A DNA stretch of 42,930 nt. Origin: Thermomicrobiales bacterium. GTDB taxonomy: Bacteria; Chloroflexota; Chloroflexia; Thermomicrobiales; UBA6265. The DNA lies in the NCBI GenBank assembly GCA_037721765.1, contig JBBJOE010000003.1, positions 1 through 42,930 on the forward strand. The letters are read 5' to 3'. The position numbers were made by a program, and so were the translations under genes. Below, one piece after another: positions 29,422 through 37,146 of the stretch (position 1 is the stretch's first letter; each line of letters opens with the position of its first letter). A model generated the notes under the pieces. That model searched no databases, was not told the origin of the DNA, and was given only the letters and a program-made list of their open reading frames with translations.

Positions 29422-29577
29422 GGGGGTGCCCTCCATTTCGTCGTTCGTCGCGCCGGGGGCCTCTCGGCAACCCGATCACGCGGGGATCACGTGTCGGCCG
29501 TTTCCTCGGTCCGGTGCGTGCCGGCCCGACCATCGCGGCGGAGCCGTGCGGCCCTTGCCGCGTTCACTCCTACATAG

Positions 29578-29606
29578 GTTGTATCACGGCCCCGATCGGC
29601 TGTCAA
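29578..29606 (-). promoter_or_regulatory. sigma70-type promoter overlapping the yfhO-like stop
   Basis: TTGACA (29606-29601), 17 nt, TACAAC with extended TG. Confidence 0.55.
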
Positions 29607-32073
29607 TGGGTTGGGCCGACGAATCTGGTGCTTTCCGCCAACGCCCCCAGCGAAGGCCCCGACCCGGGTGAGTCAGCCACAGGCCAATGAGCAGCGACGC
29701 CGCCGTGAACGTGGAGATACCCAACCCCCACCCGGAGGCGGGAGAGCGATACCGCATCTCGACGACGTGGGACCCTGCCGGGATCGCCACGGCCCGAAAC
29801 AGCCCGTTCGCGACCACGATCGGTGCCACATCGCCATCGACCTTCGCCTCCCAGGCGGGGTAGGCCACCTCGCTGAGGACCAGCAGCCCCGGTGCCGTCG
29901 TCTCGGTCCGGACCCGGATGCGGTCGGGATCATCGTCCCGGATCACGGTCGCCACGTCCGGTACCGCCCCTGGCTCTCGTTCCGATAGCCCGGTCACCGG
30001 TTCACCGACCAACGCCACCCGCGCCGGGTCGACCGCCCCGACGGCCAGCATCTCGAGTTGCTCGGGTTCCGGCACCACCGTCGCCTCGTGAACGATCCAG
30101 GCCCGCGGCATCGCCCCGGGGTTCTCGACGATCCGCACCACTCCAAGTTCTGCCACGGTGGGCCACCCCGCCGCGGCGAAGGGGTCCGCCGCTGCCTCCC
30201 CCTCCCAAGCAGGGGTCACCACGTAGCGAACATTCAGCAGGTCGAGCAAAGGTGACGCTAACCCGCCGGGATAGATGTCCGCCCCGTGGTACTCCTGCGG
30301 CGCCCCGTTCATCGCTGCCACGTAGGTGGCATACCGGCCGATCTGGATCGGGTTATACCCTTGGCTGTCCTCCAGGCCCAGCAGGGTCGCCCTGTTGTTG
30401 ACGACCAGATCCCGCGTCCGGGGATCGGAGAACTGGTAGCGGTACAGCACGGTCTGGCCGTCTTCGATGAAGACCAATGAGGGGTCGTATCCGGCATAGC
30501 GGAAGGGGGCACCATCGGCCTGCCAACCGAGCAGCGTTCGGGCGGCGGCGGCGGGGCCGTAATCCGCCCCGATATCGACCCGGTGGAAGCCACCGAAGGG
30601 CGCCCCGGACCCCGCCAGGCGACCGAGCGCCCACCCGCCATCCAGACCGACCAACAGGACCAGCGCGCCGGTCGCGACCGCGGCCGCTCGCCCTCGCGCC
30701 CCCTGCCTGACCAGCCACAGTCCGCTGGCCAGCGCGACCGTCACGATGGTGATGACGGGTACGGCCGTGCCAGCCAGCGCCAAGATCGTCAACAGCACGA
30801 GGGGGACGGCGGCGGCCGTAGCCTGGCGCCCCCGCCCCAGACCCGGGTTTGGTGAAGCGGCCGACCCGGCCAGCATCGCCATCCCGACGAACGCGACCAG
30901 GATCACCCGCTCCGGGTAGTGCCGGTGAAGGGATTCCATCCTCGGCAGCAGGTAGAGCAGGGCATGGAGCGGGGTCGTGTTCGGCAAGGTGAGAACCATC
31001 GCCGCCAGCGCCAGCGCCAGCCAGAACCGGCTCGCCCGCCGCCGGGCCGCCACCAACACCCCGATCGCCGCCAGCGTCACGGCGGCGATGCCCGGGTAGT
31101 AGAGTGAGGGCAAGAGGAACCGGTCGATCGCGCCCTCCTTGCTCGACCCGCCGACCACCGCCTCGACCGCGCCGCTCCCCGAGTAGACCCCGCCGGCGAC
31201 GTTCGAGACCGCGTTGAACTCCAGGCGAGGCAGCACGCTCATCGCCGCCAGGCCGAACCCGGCCAAAAGGATCGCCGCACCGCCGAGGAGCAGCGTCACG
31301 ACTCGCTGGCGGCCGTCGCGGGCCCAGGCCCGCTGGGTCGGGGGGTCGATCAACACACGGTAGACGAAGAAGAGCCCGGTCGCGATCAGGAGGTAGTAGG
31401 CGCCCTGTCCGATCCAGGCGGCCAAGGCTTGGCTGATGGCGAGTCCGGCGATCGACACGCCCACCAACCAGGCCCGGGGTGACCTCGCACGGACCACCAG
31501 GTCGGCCCCGACCAGCGCGATCGGGACCCAGGTGACGATCTCGTAGGAAGCCGGACAGCAGGGCGACCGGCCCAGGAAGACTCCGGTCCCCGCGTAGGAC
31601 GCCGCCGCGACCGCCGCCCCGAGCGGGGCACAGCCGACGAGGCGGGCGAGGACGTAGGCACCGGTGGTCGCCAGGACGATGTGCGTCAGGAGAAAGACGA
31701 CCACGGCCGCGACCAGCGGCAGGGCGGTGAAGATCACCATCGCCGGCAGGTAGCCCCACCCGGCCTGCGGGTCGGCGGCGAACGGGGCCCCGGAGAACTG
31801 GGCCGGGTTCCACTCCGGGATGCGGCCCTGCCGGATCTGCTCGCCAAGGAAGCCGTACCAGGGGTAGAACTGGGTGGCGGAGTCTTGCCCGACGAGGACA
31901 CCCCCGGTCGTCAGGTACGCCAGGGCTCCCGCCGCGACCAGAGACACCAACCCTGCCGCCATGCCCTCCCGGCGAACGACGACCATGGCCCGGGATGCGG
32001 TCACCGGCGGCGTGGCGCCCGGCCCGATGCCCGGGAACGCATCGCCGCGGGGACCCGCGATGCCCGCGACCAC
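29584..32073 (-). CDS. YfhO-family polytopic membrane protein (putative GT-C glycosyltransferase)
   Basis: D...QFYPW, GRIPEWNP..FSGAPF.ADPQ, YPER, QGYNP, LLDLLNVRY, N..AMPRA, LVLSE..YPAW.A.VDG, FRAV.IPAG.H; start may be ATG 31986. Confidence 0.85.
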   Translation of the reverse strand: MVAGIAGPRGDAFPGIGPGATPPVTASRAMVVVRREGMAAGLVSLVAAGALAYLTTGGVLVGQDSATQFYPWYGFLGEQIRQGRIPEWNPAQFSGAPFAADPQAGWGYLPAMVIFTALPLVAAVVVFLLTHIVLATTGAYVLARLVGCAPLGAAVAAASYAGTGVFLGRSPCCPASYEIVTWVPIALVGADLVVRARSPRAWLVGVSIAGLAISQALAAWIGQGAYYLLIATGLFFVYRVLIDPPTQRAWARDGRQRVVTLLLGGAAILLAGFGLAAMSVLPRLEFNAVSNVAGGVYSGSGAVEAVVGGSSKEGAIDRFLLPSLYYPGIAAVTLAAIGVLVAARRRASRFWLALALAAMVLTLPNTTPLHALLYLLPRMESLHRHYPERVILVAFVGMAMLAGSAASPNPGLGRGRQATAAAVPLVLLTILALAGTAVPVITIVTVALASGLWLVRQGARGRAAAVATGALVLLVGLDGGWALGRLAGSGAPFGGFHRVDIGADYGPAAAARTLLGWQADGAPFRYAGYDPSLVFIEDGQTVLYRYQFSDPRTRDLVVNNRATLLGLEDSQGYNPIQIGRYATYVAAMNGAPQEYHGADIYPGGLASPLLDLLNVRYVVTPAWEGEAAADPFAAAGWPTVAELGVVRIVENPGAMPRAWIVHEATVVPEPEQLEMLAVGAVDPARVALVGEPVTGLSEREPGAVPDVATVIRDDDPDRIRVRTETTAPGLLVLSEVAYPAWEAKVDGDVAPIVVANGLFRAVAIPAGSHVVEMRYRSPASGWGLGISTFTAASLLIGLWLTHPGRGLRWGRWRKAPDSSAQPIDSRSGP

Positions 32074-32942
32074 GACTCTCCGACGGCCAAGCCGGTCACG
32101 TCGCGGTGGATCGAGTCAACGGGTCCCACCACACCGGTGCCGGCAGCCGCCGGTCGGGCCGTGCTGGCCATCCCGGCGACGGGCACCCGGCCCCGGCGCA
32201 GGTGGCTCGTGATGGCCAGCGCGGCCCAGGCCGCCCCGACAATGCCGAGACCGCCGACGATGTCCAGGACGTAGTGGTTCCCGGTCACCATCACCGTGAC
32301 GCACATCGTTCCCAGGTGGACCGCGCCGAGGGTCGCCCCGAGGCGCCGCCGGGGCAGACCGATCGCCAGCCAGAGGGCCGCGATCGCCGTCCAGGCGACG
32401 TGCATGCTCGGCATGGCGGCGAACTGGTTCGCGGCGGCCAGTCCCGACGTGGCGTTGGGCACGGCCCCGTACGCGGCCAGGGTGTCCACGAACGGGTAGC
32501 CGTACGCACCCATGAATCGTGGCGGTGCCAGCGGGTACAGGGCATACATCGGGAAGGCGATCACGGTGGTGACGATGAACAGTCGCCAGACCCGCGTGAA
32601 GCCAACCGGGTCCTGGAGGAGGGCGAGCCCGGCCGCCACGAACAGGACCGGCTTGAATTGCCGGTAGTGCGCGTTGAAGAAGTCGATCGCCGCACCCTGG
32701 GCCAGCACGCGGCGTTGGAGGTCCAACTCGATGTTCAATCCGAGGGACCGCTGCCACCGGATGATGTCCAGGGCGTTGGCGAAGGCGACATCGTGGTCCG
32801 GTTGGAAGAACGTTTTTCGGAACCAGGAGTAGAAGGACAAGATCACCAGCAACGTGATCAGGTGCGACACCAGCGAGAGGAACCGGTGCGCGGCGGTCGA
32901 GCGGAGCATCGTCCCACCCTGCCGGACCACCATCCCGCTCAC
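32001..32942 (-). CDS. PAP2-superfamily, Aur1/IPC-synthase-like membrane protein
   Basis: YPLAPPRF, FAAMPSMHVAW, TGNHYVLD; GGAGGAGG before GTG. Confidence 0.85.
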   Translation of the reverse strand: MSGMVVRQGGTMLRSTAAHRFLSLVSHLITLLVILSFYSWFRKTFFQPDHDVAFANALDIIRWQRSLGLNIELDLQRRVLAQGAAIDFFNAHYRQFKPVLFVAAGLALLQDPVGFTRVWRLFIVTTVIAFPMYALYPLAPPRFMGAYGYPFVDTLAAYGAVPNATSGLAAANQFAAMPSMHVAWTAIAALWLAIGLPRRRLGATLGAVHLGTMCVTVMVTGNHYVLDIVGGLGIVGAAWAALAITSHLRRGRVPVAGMASTARPAAAGTGVVGPVDSIHRDVTGLAVGESWSRASRVPAAMRSRASGRAPRRR

Positions 32943-33151
32943 GTTGCCCTCCTCCGGTATCGTCGCCAGCCCGGGTGACCCACCACCCGGTCGAACCGCC
33001 CCGACCGTCGTCCAGGCAGCGTAACAGACGACCCTGGCCCCGATGATCGCCGGGGACCTCGGGGCAGCCCGCACCAGCATAGCCGGGCGCGGGCGGCGTG
33101 GAATTCGATTCGGTGACCTCAGCCCGCCTTTCGCGACCGCCGCACGGGGCA

Positions 33152-33727
33152 TCAGTCCCCCAGGGGCATGGCGGACAGCGCGACCAGGTCCGCTCGCAGG
33201 CCGTCCCGGTTCAACCGGCCCCAGCGCTTCGCGACCGCCGCGTGCCGCTTTCCCCGATCGGTCCGCTCCCGGGCAAGGAGCGCTTCGAGGCCCCGGGCGA
33301 GGTCCGTCTCGCTCGTTCCGGTCGTCGTGTCGGCCGGGCCAATCTCGCCGTCCGACGCTGGCGCGCCGGTCCCGTCGGTATCCGGAGCCGCCGCATCTGC
33401 CGCCCCCGGCAGGGCCGCGATGGCATCCGTGATCAGGGCGATCCGGACATCCGCGTCGTGCAGGGTGCCCAGGTCCTCCTGCAGGGCCTTGATCGCGACG
33501 ATTGCCGCGTCCCCGCCCGCGCCGAACACGGTGCGGAACAACTCCAGCGTGTACCGCAAGCGCTTGGCCGCGATCCGGGCGTCATGCAGCTCCCGGGTCC
33601 GGTCGGCCTCGGGCATGATCGGACCGTAGCTCCACAGTTCGCCGATCCGCACGGCCAGGATCCGCCGGGCGTTCACGGCCAACGGCGCGCCGGGGTCGAC
33701 ATCGGGCACGGTCCAGGCACGGCTCAT
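33152..33727 (-). CDS. CHAD domain protein (C-lobe-type half)
   Basis: LHDARIAAKRLRYTLELF, LQEDLGTLHDADV; ATGA overlap with the upstream gene. Confidence 0.85.
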   Translation of the reverse strand: MSRAWTVPDVDPGAPLAVNARRILAVRIGELWSYGPIMPEADRTRELHDARIAAKRLRYTLELFRTVFGAGGDAAIVAIKALQEDLGTLHDADVRIALITDAIAALPGAADAAAPDTDGTGAPASDGEIGPADTTTGTSETDLARGLEALLARERTDRGKRHAAVAKRWGRLNRDGLRADLVALSAMPLGD

Positions 33728-34629
33728 CGCTTCTTCCCCCGTTGCCCGGCCTGCTCGGCCGCGGCCCTCGTCCGGGCAGATCGTGCCGTCCGGCCGGACG
33801 CTGGCGTCGCGGGCGCCTCGCTCGTTTGACCCTCGGCAGGCGTATCGGACCGGTCCGTCCCGGCGGCACTCCCGGCGAGTGCGCCGGATCCCCGACCGCG
33901 CTTCGTCCCCTTCTTTGACCTCGAACTCGGCGACTTAGGACGCGGCGATCCCCCTGAACCGGAACCCCTCTCGACCGAATCGGGTGATCCGGCGGACTCC
34001 TCGGCCCCCGGAGACCCCGCGACGCCGGTCGAGTCCCCGGTGGGCGACCTCTCGCCCGGACGATCCGCCCCCCAGCCGTCCTTCCCGGCATCCCCCTGGG
34101 CCTCGTCGGTCGCCCCGGTCGCCGGCGCCATCTCCGTGCCGGCCACCTGTCGCGGGAAGCGGCGCCGCGTCTCGGTCGCCAGGGCCGCGGGGTCGATGCC
34201 GGCCAGGAACCGCAGCATCTCCTCCCGGACCACCCCGCGCTCCCGTTCCACCCGGGCGATCAGCAGGTCGATCCCGGCCCGGTCGGCCGCCTTTGCCTTA
34301 CCGCGCCGCTCCTGGAGGTGACCGAGCAGGACATCGCGGTCCCGCACGTCACCCAGCGCGGCGGTGATCGCCTTCGCCGTCCGGTGCAGCCTCCGGTACC
34401 ATGGCTTGGGGAAGGCGTCCACGGCCACGTCCATCGCGGCCCGCAGGCGCCGGGATGCCACCCGCACGTCGTGGACGCCCTCCGGGTCGGTCCCGTCGAT
34501 GGCGGCCGGCAGGGCGGCCCACACCGCTTCCCATCGCTCCCCGATCAGGTGGGTCATCGCCTCCCGGTAGGGTGTCTCCGGGCCCGCCGGATCGCTCGCC
34601 GCCAGGCCGGTATCGTTCCTCGGCATCAT
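33724..34629 (-). CDS. CHAD domain protein (N-lobe-type half) with disordered tail
   Basis: DPEGVHDVRVASRRLRAA, LGDVRDRDV; G/S/P/K-rich C-terminus. Confidence 0.82.
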   Translation of the reverse strand: MMPRNDTGLAASDPAGPETPYREAMTHLIGERWEAVWAALPAAIDGTDPEGVHDVRVASRRLRAAMDVAVDAFPKPWYRRLHRTAKAITAALGDVRDRDVLLGHLQERRGKAKAADRAGIDLLIARVERERGVVREEMLRFLAGIDPAALATETRRRFPRQVAGTEMAPATGATDEAQGDAGKDGWGADRPGERSPTGDSTGVAGSPGAEESAGSPDSVERGSGSGGSPRPKSPSSRSKKGTKRGRGSGALAGSAAGTDRSDTPAEGQTSEAPATPASGRTARSARTRAAAEQAGQRGKKR

Positions 34630-34682
34630 GTCACTCCGTCTCATCTGGTCATGACCGCCACGGCGCGGTCCGGCCTCGTCGG

Positions 34683-35651
34683 TCACCCACCCGCGGGGAC
34701 CGTGCCTAGTCCTGTGGCGTCGGGCCGTGCTTCGAGACTGGCCGCCCCTCCATCCATCATGTCGAAGGTGTGGAGGAGCAGCCCCGCGCGGAGGCCACTC
34801 CGTGCGACCTCCACGTGCGATGGTCGCAGCAGGCGGTCCAGGGCCCGGACGATCGCGATCCCGGCTGGCAGGACCCGCGCCCGCGCCCCCTGGATACCGA
34901 GGTGGGCCGCCAGGGCGGCGGCGGGCTCCTCCCCGCACCGGGCCAGGGCCGCCTCGATCTCTACCCCGGTGACATGGTGAGCATCGGGCACCAGGCGGGC
35001 CAGGTACTCCCCGGTGCCCCCGACCGCGACCAACCGGCCGCCGATCCCCCCCGTGACCCCCCCGACCGTCAAGATGTCGAGGGCGGCGACCGTGCAAGCA
35101 TCCAGGTCGGCGACGGTCGGCGGGTCGGCCGGGTCGAGGAGGTCTGTCAACGCGCCCGAGCCCAACCGCAACGACGTGGCGGACCGGATCTCCCCGTCGA
35201 CCGCCACGATCACCTCGGTGCTGCCGCCGCCGATGTCGGCCACGGTGACCGGCCCGGTCAAGTCTATCTCCAGCGCCAGACCCCGGAACGTCATCGCCGC
35301 CTCTTCGTCGCCGGTGATCGCCGCCAGCTCCCATCCGGTCTCATCCCGGACCCGGCGCAGGAACTCCGCCCCGTTGCTGGCTCGCCGGGTCGCCTCGGTC
35401 GCGACCCCGACCAACCGCGTCGCACCCTGGTCACGCGCGACGGCGGCGAAGCGGGTGAGGGCCGCCAGCGCGGCCTCGACCCGATCGTCCGCCAATGAGC
35501 CCCGTACGGCCAGCCCGGCCCCGAGCCGGACCGTCTCCGCGTCCCTGGCAAGGGTCTGGAGGGTCCCGTCCGGCCTGCGACGCGCCACCGTCATCTTCAC
35601 GGTGTTGGACCCGACATCCACCGCGCCGATCACCGGTGCTCGTATGGTCAA
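34683..35651 (-). CDS. ppx: Ppx/GppA-family exopolyphosphatase (short form, no HD domain)
   Basis: AVDVGSNT, VRLG, ATEATR.ASN, EEA, DIGGGSTE, GGT, GLRAG; AAGGAGG before TTG. Confidence 0.88.
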   Translation of the reverse strand: MTIRAPVIGAVDVGSNTVKMTVARRRPDGTLQTLARDAETVRLGAGLAVRGSLADDRVEAALAALTRFAAVARDQGATRLVGVATEATRRASNGAEFLRRVRDETGWELAAITGDEEAAMTFRGLALEIDLTGPVTVADIGGGSTEVIVAVDGEIRSATSLRLGSGALTDLLDPADPPTVADLDACTVAALDILTVGGVTGGIGGRLVAVGGTGEYLARLVPDAHHVTGVEIEAALARCGEEPAAALAAHLGIQGARARVLPAGIAIVRALDRLLRPSHVEVARSGLRAGLLLHTFDMMDGGAASLEARPDATGLGTVPAGG

Positions 35652-35843
35652 GGGGCTGTCCTCCTTCCCAGCGTCATAAACGCGTGGGATCGCGGATGTT
35701 AGAGATTTGCTAAGCTTATCGTCTGGGTCCAAAAGGTGCCCATTCGTCGCCAGAAAGTTAATACCGTTAACGACCGGTCAGCCGCCCCACCTGCCGGGAC
35801 GGGCCGGAGACCTTCGACTTGAAGTGAAGTACGGAGAGTGACC

Positions 35844-36110
35844 ATGGCCACGTCAAAGACCAAGATGACCGAGGACCGCCCCGTCGAGGGCTCCGAACCC
35901 ACCGCGAAGGGCCCAGACATCGTCACGGCCGCCGGGGCCGAGCGGCGACTGATCGCGGCCGAGCGCCGCGCCGAACGACGATTCGCGAGGGCTACGGCCA
36001 AGCACGCCGCTGCCGAGGCGACGCTGGCCCGCCGCCAGGTCAAGCTCGCCACCGCTCGCCAGACGCTCCGGGAGCGGCAAGACGCCCGGATGGTCGGCCC
36101 GGCGGCCTAA
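35844..36110 (+). CDS. small basic coiled-coil hypothetical protein
   Basis: GGAG RBS, high GC3, Arg/Ala-rich helical sequence. Confidence 0.65.
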   Translation: MATSKTKMTEDRPVEGSEPTAKGPDIVTAAGAERRLIAAERRAERRFARATAKHAAAEATLARRQVKLATARQTLRERQDARMVGPAA

Positions 36111-36153
36111 CCCCGGCACCCGACCGATCGGTCACGGTCTGATTGGATCTCGA

Positions 36154-37146
36154 TCAAGGCGTGGCATAGGTGTGCCAGGTCGTGAATCCAGCCTTGGCGT
36201 AGAAGTCCAGCAACGTCGTCCAGTCCGCGACGGCCTCGTCGACGCCGAGGTCGCGCAGGGAGGCCATCGTGGCGTGGAGGAAAGCTAAGCCGAGGCCGAG
36301 CCCCCGCAGCGACGACGCGATCCCGATCGGCCCGAGACCCCCCATGTGCGGCCCCGGGCGCCAGAACCGGGCCGGTCCGATGATGGCCTGGCCAGCGTGG
36401 TGCAACTGGGCCATTCCCACGATCCGCCCGTCCTGGGTGAGCAACAGCCAATCGCCGATCGCCCCACCGGAACGGAAGAAGCGGTCCGCGTTGGCCCACC
36501 AGCCGAGGCCGAACTCGTCGCGGACGAATCGGGACAGGACCTCCCGGTCGATCGCGTTCGCCCGCCGCACCACTAACCGGTGCCGTGCCATCAGGTGGCG
36601 GGACTCATCGGGCATCGTGGATCCGGAGATGTCCGCCCGGACATCCGCGACGGTTGACGCGAACCGGTACCCTAGCGACGCGAAGAATGCTCGCGCACCG
36701 GGCAGGTCGTCCGGCGGGCCCGGGAAGAGCCACACCGGTCCCCCACCCGCCGCCACCCGTGCCGGGTCGAGTCCATCCCCGTCGGTGTCCAGGAGGTGCC
36801 GGTGCATCCCGGTCCCGATCCCCAGTCGCCGCGACCCCGGTTCGACCACGATCGCCGTGACCCAGCCGGACGACCGCCAGGCCGCCCGGTCCGCGTCCTC
36901 ACCCCGGTAACGGCCCAGCGACCCGAACCCGACGATGTCGTGGTGACGCATCGCCACGACGGCGTCGCCCGGTCGGAAATCGCCATTCCCGAGGGTCACT
37001 TGCCGGAGCAGCGCCTCGCGGAGCGGGAAGGCCGGACCGACCGCCCGCTCCCACAACCCGAGCACGCCGGGCACGTGTCCCTCGGCGAACGGCAGGAGGA
37101 CGATGACGCCCGCCTCGTCAGCCAGGGGTGGCTCCGGGGCGGTCAA
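36154..37146 (-). CDS. tandem GNAT acetyltransferase
   Basis: Two acetyl-CoA motifs (V.PGSRRLGIGT; GPIGIASSLRGLGLG), DFYAKAGF; TTGA overlap with the upstream dehydratase stop. Confidence 0.82.
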   Translation of the reverse strand: MTAPEPPLADEAGVIVLLPFAEGHVPGVLGLWERAVGPAFPLREALLRQVTLGNGDFRPGDAVVAMRHHDIVGFGSLGRYRGEDADRAAWRSSGWVTAIVVEPGSRRLGIGTGMHRHLLDTDGDGLDPARVAAGGGPVWLFPGPPDDLPGARAFFASLGYRFASTVADVRADISGSTMPDESRHLMARHRLVVRRANAIDREVLSRFVRDEFGLGWWANADRFFRSGGAIGDWLLLTQDGRIVGMAQLHHAGQAIIGPARFWRPGPHMGGLGPIGIASSLRGLGLGLAFLHATMASLRDLGVDEAVADWTTLLDFYAKAGFTTWHTYATP

